IMG/VR virus record: IMGVR_UViG_3300034158_000023
Location: 62,001 to 126,000 of that record
Strand: one strand, 5' to 3'
Length of the DNA stretch: 64,000 nt
The notes beneath the pieces were generated by a model. It was given only the letters and a program-made list of their open reading frames with translations. It did no database searches and was not told where the DNA came from. The position numbers were made by a program, and so were the translations under genes. Shown here piece after piece: positions 51,885 through 60,485 of the stretch. Each line of letters begins with the position of its first letter. Within the stretch, counting starts at the first letter, position 1.

Positions 51885-52054
51885 ATAAAAAGCAGACCGA
51901 AGTCTGCTCGTTACGCCAGAGCTCATTCTGGTAAGGCAGTCGTATGACTTAGCGCGATAGTTACGTTATTGGTTTATGCCACTATGGACTACCGACGTAT
52001 CCGCGAATTGTTGCCTCTTAAGGAGCGTGTACTGATACTTACGGAGTAATGTAC
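51885..52054 (-). ncRNA. candidate ~170-nt structured RNA
   Basis: Late-type promoter TAATAGTATG|TAC, consecutive hairpins, own TTCG terminator, no ORF. Confidence 0.65.
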
Positions 52055-52125
52055 ATACTATTATATTAATTTACTCGTGTGCCTAATAGGTTGAGGTATT
52101 GTTTGATTACTTATAGGAGTTAACC

Positions 52126-52440
52126 ATGCATGAGCAAATTGAGTTAGGTCTAGATAGTCAGGCTAGTCAAAACACTACAGACCATTTTATATGTAGTACA
52201 AGCAATGCCCCAGAAGAGATTTATGTTACTACCGAGTACAACGGTAAAGACCCTATCATTGTACATGGCCCCTTAGAGTACCACATGGAAAACGGTAAGG
52301 TAATCGTTAGAATAGGAGAGTGTGTCATAGCTTCTATATATCGAATGCAAACTGTTATTAACTTTAAATTGTTCGGGGGACATAGTGCAGTGTCATTGTT
52401 AAATTTTTTAAGTGAGATAAGGAAAGATAATGATTTATGA
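52126..52440 (+). CDS. hypothetical protein
   Basis: 104-aa ORF, SD AGGAG. Confidence 0.75.
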   Translation: MHEQIELGLDSQASQNTTDHFICSTSNAPEEIYVTTEYNGKDPIIVHGPLEYHMENGKVIVRIGECVIASIYRMQTVINFKLFGGHSAVSLLNFLSEIRKDNDL

Positions 52441-52975
52441 CAGTATGTCAGTAAACCCACAAGGTGACGTATCATTTCATTTAGGTTCTCAGTTAGTAGC
52501 TGTAGCTGGCAGTGCGTATAACCTAAATGACTACGTGATTATCTGTAAGGTGAATGGTAAACTGGAACATCTATATATTCGAGTAGGTGCTGCTACGCAC
52601 AGTGTAGATGAAAAAACAGAAATAGCTAGAGCTATCCTTACTGCGTATCTAACCTATCTAGTGGGCAATGATAAGTTTACCTGTGAGTTTATAACGCAAG
52701 GATTTATTAAGTTAAATGAAGATCCTTTCTCACTGAATCAGCACATTACAATCAATTCTAAATTAATCGCATTAGTTATTAAATCGGATTATAGTAAAGT
52801 CCTTATAACCCCAACCACGGTTGCATTACAATCTACTATCGGTAGTGTCTATATGTTAGACATTATGGATGGTGAGTTAATAAATGCTTTAGGTGTAGAA
52901 CCCCTAGCATTAATAGCTACCGCGTCGTGGTTATGTATGGCTTACGAACAATGGAGAAACTCGTTATGCATTTAA
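52430..52975 (+). CDS. hypothetical protein
   Basis: 181-aa ORF, SD AAGGA, overlaps upstream. Confidence 0.75.
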   Translation: MIYDSMSVNPQGDVSFHLGSQLVAVAGSAYNLNDYVIICKVNGKLEHLYIRVGAATHSVDEKTEIARAILTAYLTYLVGNDKFTCEFITQGFIKLNEDPFSLNQHITINSKLIALVIKSDYSKVLITPTTVALQSTIGSVYMLDIMDGELINALGVEPLALIATASWLCMAYEQWRNSLCI

Positions 52976-54072
52976 AGAAACTAGGGCGGTTGTTAGTATT
53001 AGAACTGCTAAACCGTGAGAATGAAACTGAACTAACATTTGACGACGTGGTGTTTAAAACTCCCACTCCGTTAGTAGTTAATGAAGGTATTCGTAATACC
53101 TCGCTCACTGTAAGCCACGTGGTAGGTAGTAACTACCGTGAAGAACAAACCGTTAAATACTGGCGTTTAGACATAGGTAAAATAGTTACAGAACCATTTC
53201 GTGTTATTCCAGGTATTGGTGTAACTAGTACTAAAGATATCGTGAATCTTTTAAATGATTTCTATGATCTAGCGTTAGACCAAGAAGACATCATTTATGA
53301 AACTATCGATACTACCACTTTACCTGTGCAGTATAAGTTAAAGACTAACAGTCTCTCTTATGCGTATATAGGCACAGTTGATTTAGAGTTGTCTAATGAG
53401 TTAATTCCACTGCGAACTGTAGTGAGAACAAACGTACTGGATGACTATCTAACTGCCGTATTAGACGATACGCTAAAAGGTAATGTGATTGGTGCAATTA
53501 ATGGCGAGTTGCTAGATTTCAACTCAGTGCAAGATGTTAATTTCTCAGTTGCGGAGAATGGGGAAATCCAAACCGCTTTAGCTGTAGCTACTGGCACCGA
53601 CGTTAACGTAGGACCTAATGTTCTAAGTATTGCTCCAGTGATGAATATCCAAGTTGCAGAAACTGGTAACTGGGTATTACTATTCTGTACGTCGTTGCTC
53701 ACGACGAACCGCTTAGCAGACGATAGTAAGTTCACCGAGTTTGTTGATACTACTATCAAGATTACTCACCCGCAATCGACGCTAAGTTACGTGTACTCTT
53801 TGCAATACGATATCTTAAGCGGTAACTATGCATGGCTAAGTGATAAAGTTAATACTGCTTTAGTGCCTCAGGTAGTTAAGCGAGTAACTAATGCAACGTT
53901 GCACCATTTCTTAGACATGGAAGTTCTATTAACTAATCTGTTTGGTCCTTATGTAACCAGTACGGATTGGTCAGTGTTAGGCACCTTTGAGATAGAAGTT
54001 AAATGTGCCCCTAGGCTTGCTGGGTACATCAAACCGATTATTTATAACTTTACGGTAAACGCTACAGTTTAA
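52966..54072 (+). CDS. virion structural protein (phiKZ-type RNT/YxRLD domain plus C-terminal domain)
   Basis: LLNREN..LTFDDV..RNT..YWRLD pattern; ATG 52966 after GGAG. Confidence 0.65.
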   Translation: MHLKKLGRLLVLELLNRENETELTFDDVVFKTPTPLVVNEGIRNTSLTVSHVVGSNYREEQTVKYWRLDIGKIVTEPFRVIPGIGVTSTKDIVNLLNDFYDLALDQEDIIYETIDTTTLPVQYKLKTNSLSYAYIGTVDLELSNELIPLRTVVRTNVLDDYLTAVLDDTLKGNVIGAINGELLDFNSVQDVNFSVAENGEIQTALAVATGTDVNVGPNVLSIAPVMNIQVAETGNWVLLFCTSLLTTNRLADDSKFTEFVDTTIKITHPQSTLSYVYSLQYDILSGNYAWLSDKVNTALVPQVVKRVTNATLHHFLDMEVLLTNLFGPYVTSTDWSVLGTFEIEVKCAPRLAGYIKPIIYNFTVNATV

Positions 54073-54106
54073 ACGGCATAGAGAGGGAGCCTTAGCTCCC
54101 TCTCCT

Positions 54107-54943
54107 TTATCCGCCAAATGCTCCCACACGTAATCGAATATCTCTTTGCATTCTGCGAGTGTCTGCTAAGAATACTTGTTTACGCCACTTGGTAGTGTAG
54201 TACTCTTGGAATAACTCTTCTGCATCTCGGTATTCTTCAATGATTTCTTTGAACTTACCTAGTTCACGTCCACCATGTAAAACGCCCATATCCATTTCGA
54301 TTATGTAGAAGTTGTAGATGAATGCTTTTACAGCACGAATACACAACTGTGAAAAACTAGGCCAGTAAGGTTCAGGCACCATTGTAAAGTTAGCGTCATT
54401 CGACACATAACAGCGTAGGAAGCCGTTAATTACTCTGGGTAACCAACCCTCTATACAGATTACGTTCTCGTCTATAATCGACGTATAGGGGTTCTCAGTT
54501 TCAGCGATAGGTGACATACTGTTCATAGCTCGTTGAGCCATACCTAGCATAGGAGACATACCGTTTTGTAAGTTCTGGTTAGACATACCAAAACCTAACT
54601 GAGACAATGGACCGTTAGCATGACCATAGATCAATGACTCAACTGAAGTAATCCGTCTACCGTTGGTGTACGACTTAGGAATACGATAGATAGCGTTCCT
54701 AGGAGGCACCAGTTCAGGCTGTAACCCCATTAAGGATATCTCTACCAGGTTAGGGCCTGCTGCATCACACAGAGGTCTAACACGATCGTTAATAACTAAC
54801 GCTAAGATAGCTTCTCTGATGGCAACATCAGTTAAATAGAAACCTCTGGTGTTAGGTTCATAAACGGTAGAAAATACACGTTTTAAAATTTCAGGCGGGA
54901 TGGAGTGTCTGATTTCCCGCAATGCTGTTTCTATAGCACTCAT
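54107..54943 (-). CDS. conserved virion structural protein
   Basis: 278 aa, IPPEIL, AVKAFIYN, LHGG motifs; divergent from tubulin. Confidence 0.65.
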   Translation of the reverse strand: MSAIETALREIRHSIPPEILKRVFSTVYEPNTRGFYLTDVAIREAILALVINDRVRPLCDAAGPNLVEISLMGLQPELVPPRNAIYRIPKSYTNGRRITSVESLIYGHANGPLSQLGFGMSNQNLQNGMSPMLGMAQRAMNSMSPIAETENPYTSIIDENVICIEGWLPRVINGFLRCYVSNDANFTMVPEPYWPSFSQLCIRAVKAFIYNFYIIEMDMGVLHGGRELGKFKEIIEEYRDAEELFQEYYTTKWRKQVFLADTRRMQRDIRLRVGAFGG

Positions 54944-55026
54944 AATCTACCCTCGATCAAAAATTATTGGGGTTGGTTAATATATGTAAGAATATCTTTT
55001 TTCATAAAACACTAAAGGAAAATATC

Positions 55027-55998
55027 ATGACCCTAGAAAAAGCAGTAGGTACTTTACGCATTTATGGCTGTGGCGGCACTGGTGTAAAACGTGCTCATCC
55101 ATTTCAGAGACAGCCACATAACGAAGGCTTAGCAGACGTCTCCGTTACTTATGTTGATACCAGTATGTCCGACTTTGCAAAGGACATCGATTTAGAGGAC
55201 TGTTTCCTCACTGAAGATACTGACGGTAGCGGTTCTAAACGAAGCGCAAACCCACACATCATTAGCAGCGTGATCCGTCAGGTTCCTGTAAAGTTTGCTC
55301 CAGGTGACGTTAACGTGGTAATTATGTCAGGTAGTGGTGGTAGTGGTTCAGTGATCGGTCCTTTACTTTGTAAAGAGTTGTTGATGCGTGATGCGCCAAC
55401 TATTGCCATCGTGGTGCTCAGTACTGTTAGTCAGTTAGCAATCACGAACTGCTTAGATACCATCAAAACTTTAGCAGGCCAATCACGGTTAGCTAACAAG
55501 CCACTGATTGCTATTTTCCACAACAATGGTGCCAACACCGATATAGACGCTGTAGATGAAGCAATCTACAATCAAATCACAGCGTTGCAAATCCTAGCAA
55601 GTCGATCACATAGGGGTTTAGATACCGCTGACGTAGCTAACGTGTTGAACTACACCAATGTAATTGACTTAGAACCACAGTTGTCTACTATGGACATCGT
55701 TACATCAGTGGAAGAACTCGCTGAAGTGTCATACCCAGTAACTGTATGTACAGTAGCTAAGAAAGCTCCAGACTTGTCGTCTATCGGTATAGAGCACTGC
55801 TGTGATGGTATTATGCAACACACTTACAGCGATGTAGATGAGCTACACTTCGCAACTAGTATCACTGAACTACCTAATGTAGTCAAGATGCTAGAATCGG
55901 CATTACTTAGAGTCAAAGAGCGTACTGGTTCAAGACCTACCACTGTTAAACTGGTAGATGCCAATACACTCCCAGATGACGGTTTGTTTTTCAGCTAG
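55027..55998 (+). CDS. phuZ: PhuZ phage tubulin
   Basis: GCGGTG, VDTS, GSGSKR, SGSGGSGS tubulin signature, acidic DDGLFF tail; ATG 55027 after AAAGGAA. Confidence 0.92.
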   Translation: MTLEKAVGTLRIYGCGGTGVKRAHPFQRQPHNEGLADVSVTYVDTSMSDFAKDIDLEDCFLTEDTDGSGSKRSANPHIISSVIRQVPVKFAPGDVNVVIMSGSGGSGSVIGPLLCKELLMRDAPTIAIVVLSTVSQLAITNCLDTIKTLAGQSRLANKPLIAIFHNNGANTDIDAVDEAIYNQITALQILASRSHRGLDTADVANVLNYTNVIDLEPQLSTMDIVTSVEELAEVSYPVTVCTVAKKAPDLSSIGIEHCCDGIMQHTYSDVDELHFATSITELPNVVKMLESALLRVKERTGSRPTTVKLVDANTLPDDGLFFS

Positions 55999-56007
55999 GA
56001 GGCAACA

Positions 56008-56421
56008 ATGGCTAAAAGAGCAGCAAAGATCTTTTTGGGTGGTACCTGCAAAGGCGTCGATTGGCGCGCTGCGGTAATGCCAAAGATGATGAATGGTTAT
56101 TTCAATCCACATGTTACTGATCGTGAGTATCAAGAGTCTGACCGCGAAGAAGAGTTATTGCAACGCCGTTACGATTGTACCCACATGTGTTATGTTATCA
56201 CTAGTGGATCAGTTGGTTTCTACAGCGTAGCAGAAGCTACTGAAGATGTGGTATTACGACCTCACATCACGTACGTTTGTTTCTATGAAGATCCTGAAAA
56301 TCCATGGTCAGAGGAACAAAAGGTGTCTGTAGCCGCTACTAAAGCTATGTACGCTCAGTACACTAATAAAGTGTACGACGACCTAGAAGATCTAGTGGAT
56401 GCATTAAACCAAGTGCATTAG
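56008..56421 (+). CDS. nucleoside 2-deoxyribosyltransferase-like protein
   Basis: KIFLGGTC, WR, YFNP.V, YSVAE motifs. Confidence 0.7.
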   Translation: MAKRAAKIFLGGTCKGVDWRAAVMPKMMNGYFNPHVTDREYQESDREEELLQRRYDCTHMCYVITSGSVGFYSVAEATEDVVLRPHITYVCFYEDPENPWSEEQKVSVAATKAMYAQYTNKVYDDLEDLVDALNQVH

Positions 56422-56433
56422 TAGTAATGGTAT

Positions 56434-56511
56434 GTACTGACATGTGGTAGTCGGCACATTCCTTTTATTTAATCTAGCAATTTGCTTAGCCACCTTAGGG
56501 TGGCTTTTTTT
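56434..56511 (+). ncRNA. candidate trans-acting sRNA complementary to the early-gene leader/SD
   Basis: TATG late-type start, 5' hairpin, unpaired ATTCCTTTTATTTAA, terminator. Confidence 0.6.
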
Positions 56512-56686
56512 GCTCTTATTTAACCAGAAGCATTTTAAGCCACTTTTTATAGTTTTGGCTACCTATCTACTAGGTTTCCAATAAAGTTGCTTATGGTGTG
56601 TTATATTTTATTTAAACACCACATATATGAAAGACTATGCACACATATATTATCCTATTGATGGTACTATAATAAAAGGATTATCT

Positions 56687-57031
56687 ATGACTCCAAAAGT
56701 TGCATTAGACGCCCACTACTTTAATTTAGCAGAACCTTTATCTGAGTACGTTAAAGAACAGGGCTGCCAAGGTGTCACTAAAGAAATACTACAAAGTGCG
56801 CTATGCGAATCGTTAGATAGAACTAATCTAGTAGCTATTTATAACGACATTGTTTTATCTCCTGATGAAAATCGCATTGCCACTAGATTATCGCGGTACT
56901 TGGATAAGTTCTCCTACGGATTCCTGGAAGCCAATATACCTGCTGGCCAAAATGGATTAATTGATGTACACACGGTTAAGATGACAAGTGCGTACGGAGT
57001 TGTTTTAATACAGAGAATGGACAATGTCTAA
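56687..57031 (+). CDS. hypothetical protein
   Basis: Start moved to 56687: AATAAAAGGA at 56671 and promoter variant at 56646. Confidence 0.75.
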   Translation: MTPKVALDAHYFNLAEPLSEYVKEQGCQGVTKEILQSALCESLDRTNLVAIYNDIVLSPDENRIATRLSRYLDKFSYGFLEANIPAGQNGLIDVHTVKMTSAYGVVLIQRMDNV

Positions 57032-57545
57032 AATCGTCATATCCCACTGGGAATCAACTAGCATGATGATGCATGCTACTGGCTCATTTCTAAAGAAATA
57101 TGAAATACCTATTCTGGCTGTACCTAGATCTAAGGAGATTCTTGGCTTATTTGCAGTAGAGTTTGTGGATGGTATCCTACGCGAGATATCCAATTGGTTA
57201 CCTAGTCCAAAGGTTGATCCTGGGTTGTTAAGTTTGATGCGGCTGATGCCAGAGCTTAGACCGATTAGTGATCACCCGCTGTTCCATGATTACTCGTGCG
57301 ATGTGTTAGAAGCCTATCGTCAACAACTGCATGACGCTTTCATAGCTACTAATATTGATTGGGCTTGGGCGGAGTACAAAATCGTTAAGTTTGATGAACG
57401 TTCTATAACAGTTGAATATTTAGGGGATAGACGTATCCTGGAATGGGAACGTTCTAATAAAATAAAAGAAATTGCTCACGTGAGAGCTAATTATGCAGCA
57501 GGTAAAACAACAATATGTTATCCCAATGGATTTTTACGAGATTAA
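57024..57545 (+). CDS. hypothetical protein (PhuZ-DNA pol cluster)
   Basis: 173-aa ORF overlapping neighbours. Confidence 0.8.
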   Translation: MSKIVISHWESTSMMMHATGSFLKKYEIPILAVPRSKEILGLFAVEFVDGILREISNWLPSPKVDPGLLSLMRLMPELRPISDHPLFHDYSCDVLEAYRQQLHDAFIATNIDWAWAEYKIVKFDERSITVEYLGDRRILEWERSNKIKEIAHVRANYAAGKTTICYPNGFLRD

Positions 57546-57891
57546 ATTTACTGAGGTGATACACCAACACAGCAGAAGATTAAACTCCGTAATAGATTTC
57601 ACTACACACATAGGTGAAATACTTCGAGGGGTGTTTGGCTTAGAACCAAGAGAAGGGTTACGAGATGGAGACTTTAAATACGATTTAGTCGCTATGGGAG
57701 TCCCTCCAGTAACAGCTGATTTAATCATCATCAGCCTGCTCAGGTTCTTAGAACATGCCCTAGTAGATCTACTGGAAGAAAAAGCCCACTATGATAATTA
57801 TAGTTGGGAATATCATAAAAGTGGAATTTTAGTTATTACGAGCGTGGAATATGAAAACAGCAGTGATAAACCTCAGAGAGCACTTAGTTAG
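57493..57891 (+). CDS. hypothetical protein
   Basis: 132-aa ORF in coupled cluster. Confidence 0.75.
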   Translation: MQQVKQQYVIPMDFYEIKFTEVIHQHSRRLNSVIDFTTHIGEILRGVFGLEPREGLRDGDFKYDLVAMGVPPVTADLIIISLLRFLEHALVDLLEEKAHYDNYSWEYHKSGILVITSVEYENSSDKPQRALS

Positions 57892-58255
57892 GTGCGTAGG
57901 TTTACCGCTGGTTAGTGAGGTACCACTAGCTTTATTACTTAAATACGTTTGCACTTATCACAGTTACTTAAACTTAAGTGCCGATGTAGAAATGGCGTTA
58001 GATCAGTTCCACAACTACTTAGAAGTAGAACTGTCTGCACCTGTTAGTAATAAAGTTAGTGCTCTATCCACCTATGCCGTCGGTAAGCCTGATAGCTTCG
58101 TCAGAGATGTCAGAGTCTCCGTGCAAGTGTTAGCCAATAGGTTATATCCTGCACTGGAACAACTGTGTGTAGCTTCAGAAACCCCTAACTGGATGATGAT
58201 AGATTTTGTAGATTTTAACGTAACCAGTTGTAGTTTAGTCGTGAGGGTGAACTAA
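57851..58255 (+). CDS. hypothetical protein
   Basis: 134-aa ORF in coupled cluster. Confidence 0.75.
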   Translation: MKTAVINLREHLVRCVGLPLVSEVPLALLLKYVCTYHSYLNLSADVEMALDQFHNYLEVELSAPVSNKVSALSTYAVGKPDSFVRDVRVSVQVLANRLYPALEQLCVASETPNWMMIDFVDFNVTSCSLVVRVN

Positions 58256-58707
58256 TGTATGAACATCCTATTTTTATCTTCCAGATACCTATACAAGATA
58301 AAACACCACGAATAGATATGCTTCTAAGCAGTCCGTATATAGACAGAGAGTATATGTTATTCTATGTTTGTTACCTGCACATGACAGTGTATCAACGACA
58401 ACAACCCCTCCATCCAACATTAGTGGACATCAGTGCTAATCTATGTGATGAGTTGATTCAACATGCTCCTCCACCTAATTTGTTTAACAGTACCTACGCA
58501 GATGAATATACTGTTGAGGTAGAATGTTATCAATTTTGGTTTAAGGTAGCGGAAAGGTTAACTGAAACTATCGAGGATGTTAGAGAACTAATAGCACACG
58601 AACTTGGTAGCATCCCTTTAGGAATAGACGAGACTCATGTAGTCGATAGAGCGTATATAACTAGAGGTATACTAAACGTGGTGTTTAAGATGGGAGCAGT
58701 TATGTGA
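58255..58707 (+). CDS. hypothetical protein
   Basis: 150-aa ORF, TAATG overlap. Confidence 0.75.
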   Translation: MYEHPIFIFQIPIQDKTPRIDMLLSSPYIDREYMLFYVCYLHMTVYQRQQPLHPTLVDISANLCDELIQHAPPPNLFNSTYADEYTVEVECYQFWFKVAERLTETIEDVRELIAHELGSIPLGIDETHVVDRAYITRGILNVVFKMGAVM

Positions 58708-59105
58708 GAACAGTCTTAACGTTTTCAGCTTTAGATTTATTCCTTGAGGTAGAGTGTCATCTACATTCAATGAACTACGTCAGGTACTCGGCGGATGATT
58801 TTATCCACCTAACTTTGATGTCATATGAACACGACACCATAAGAGAACTTGAAGACGGTGACGTGGAGACGTTAGTGGATAGTTTGTTTTTGAATGCTGA
58901 GGATTGTCGGAATCAGTATTCAGGGGAAGTGCCACTGTACGAAGATATATTCTTAACGTCCGTGTTGTTCTGTAAAGTTAGGGAAAGACTTAATTTTGAG
59001 TTACAGGCACTGAATGATCTTAATTACATTGAGTTCTATCAGGTGTTTGTAGGCAGAGCTCAAATCACAATTGTATATGAAGCTCCACGAGGTTTATATA
59101 GATGA
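58704..59105 (+). CDS. hypothetical protein
   Basis: 133-aa ORF, GTGA overlap, SD GGGAG. Confidence 0.75.
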   Translation: MRTVLTFSALDLFLEVECHLHSMNYVRYSADDFIHLTLMSYEHDTIRELEDGDVETLVDSLFLNAEDCRNQYSGEVPLYEDIFLTSVLFCKVRERLNFELQALNDLNYIEFYQVFVGRAQITIVYEAPRGLYR

Positions 59106-59539
59106 CAGATCAAGTAAAGGTGCATATCACTTATGTTAGACCAGTGAAAGAACCAGTGTATTATAATCATAACAGGAAAGACCGTTTTATTAACGCCCTC
59201 CCTACGAACATACAAGAAGTTCGTGTGATAGATAGGGACTATAGTCGTGAACTGTTCATGCGATTAGTCTACGTTATGCGGTATCAAAATGATCACGTGT
59301 ATACGGAGTTTATGGCACAGGCAGTTTGCGACTTGTTAAACCATTCTAGGGGGCTCAGTCCATATCAACTACAACGAGCTTTAGAAATTGATGACACCAC
59401 AACCCTAGAACTATTGGAAATCTTATACCAGTTTGAACGCGACGTAGTGTCTACATTTGCTCCTAACGTACCTTTACGTGATGTGATGTATTATATAGAT
59501 CCTACGACTAAAACCCTGTTAATTATTGTAAGGCGGTAA
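59102..59539 (+). CDS. hypothetical protein
   Basis: 145-aa ORF, ATGA overlap. Confidence 0.75.
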   Translation: MTDQVKVHITYVRPVKEPVYYNHNRKDRFINALPTNIQEVRVIDRDYSRELFMRLVYVMRYQNDHVYTEFMAQAVCDLLNHSRGLSPYQLQRALEIDDTTTLELLEILYQFERDVVSTFAPNVPLRDVMYYIDPTTKTLLIIVRR

Positions 59540-59542
59540 CAG

Positions 59543-59953
59543 ATGAGCGAATTATTAAAATTGGGCGACGTAGTAAACTTTGAAGTTTACCCTACAGCCG
59601 TATTGGGTAACGATTTCAAAAACATGACAGTAGCAGCTATCTTAGATGCTGAGACTGCTCGTACTGCAATGCCTGGGGGCTTTGATGCTCAAGCTATGCA
59701 TGCTAACGTCTACAACACGTTACCTGAAGGCACCCCTAACAACTACACTCGTTACAACTACGTTAAACTGAAGTACCCTAACGGTTCGATTCGTATTTTA
59801 GGTATCCCTTGGATTAAACCTGAGTCGATCGTATCTAAAGTGGTAAGTCGTGGCGTGTTTACGATTGATGCGATAGGAGCTGCTGATGTAGCTATCATCC
59901 AACAAGCGATTGCTGGTGCAGGCTACAAAGTCAAAGAGTACGTGCTCGAATAA
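59543..59953 (+). CDS. conserved phiKZ-like core protein (gp49-like)
   Basis: VNFEVYP..LG..F, GIPWI; position just upstream of DNA polymerase. Confidence 0.7.
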   Translation: MSELLKLGDVVNFEVYPTAVLGNDFKNMTVAAILDAETARTAMPGGFDAQAMHANVYNTLPEGTPNNYTRYNYVKLKYPNGSIRILGIPWIKPESIVSKVVSRGVFTIDAIGAADVAIIQQAIAGAGYKVKEYVLE

Positions 59954-60002
59954 TAAAATATTTGAAGTATGTATATTATAGGACGATGCAGGGAGGTTAC
60001 AA

Positions 60003-60344
60003 ATGTCATTACGAAGAGCGTTAGTTATTTGTAGTGTAGGCCTTGCTCTTATGGGCGGCTCTAGTTACAGTAAAGCTGAAATGGTCTCCTTATTACCTGA
60101 ATTAAAATGTTATGACCATCCAACGTTGTTAGGTCGTAAGAGTTCAGATACGTTTAAAGACATTGTGTTACCTAAAGTGACTTTGAATGTTAGACTAATA
60201 AGAAAGCCAGGGAATGAACGTAGTGCACCCCCTACATCTAAAGAGCTCACCGAAGAAACCCTTGATATAACTCAGCGATTCGCCTTAGCCGACAGTTTTG
60301 GGCTGTCTAAGCTGCGATGCATCCAGAGCTATCAAGACAGATGA
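60003..60344 (+). CDS. possible signal-peptide-bearing protein; may be spurious or dual-function within the structured RNA
   Basis: SD GGGAGG and hydrophobic N-terminus, but SD/ATG are buried in a predicted stem. Confidence 0.35.
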   Translation: MSLRRALVICSVGLALMGGSSYSKAEMVSLLPELKCYDHPTLLGRKSSDTFKDIVLPKVTLNVRLIRKPGNERSAPPTSKELTEETLDITQRFALADSFGLSKLRCIQSYQDR

Positions 60345-60485
60345 CTCATGGTGAGAGGGTGCTGTATAGACACTTGTCAGAGAGCTTTGTGTTCATAGCG
60401 AGCACAAAGACGGTACGAGTGTCTATATAGGATTTATTTCGTCCACGGTTGTTCTTCTCGTATATCGTAGGGTATGTACGAATAT

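Noticed and set aside
54967-55026. Upstream TTG start for PhuZ, and similar long starts at 3468, 8194, 9299, 41763, 51252, 52927, 56627
   Set aside because: Downstream ATGs have properly spaced SD/leader motifs or couple to upstream stops; the extensions overlap promoters, hairpins or other genes.
56418-56459. 13-codon minus-strand ORF behind AAATAAAAGGA
   Set aside because: The ATG abuts the SD with no spacer, the next ATG is about 16 nt away, and promoter, hairpin and terminator all point to a + strand RNA. Kept only as the alternative hypothesis.
56512-56640. AT-rich gap as a replication origin
   Set aside because: Only weak hairpins and no iterons; adequately explained as promoter region of the downstream cluster.
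59981-60447. tmRNA, tRNA-like or group I intron identity for the large RNA
   Set aside because: No T-arm (GTTCGA), no G3-U pair or CCA end. AGACTA at 60192 has no matching TAGTC partner and there are no flanking exons.
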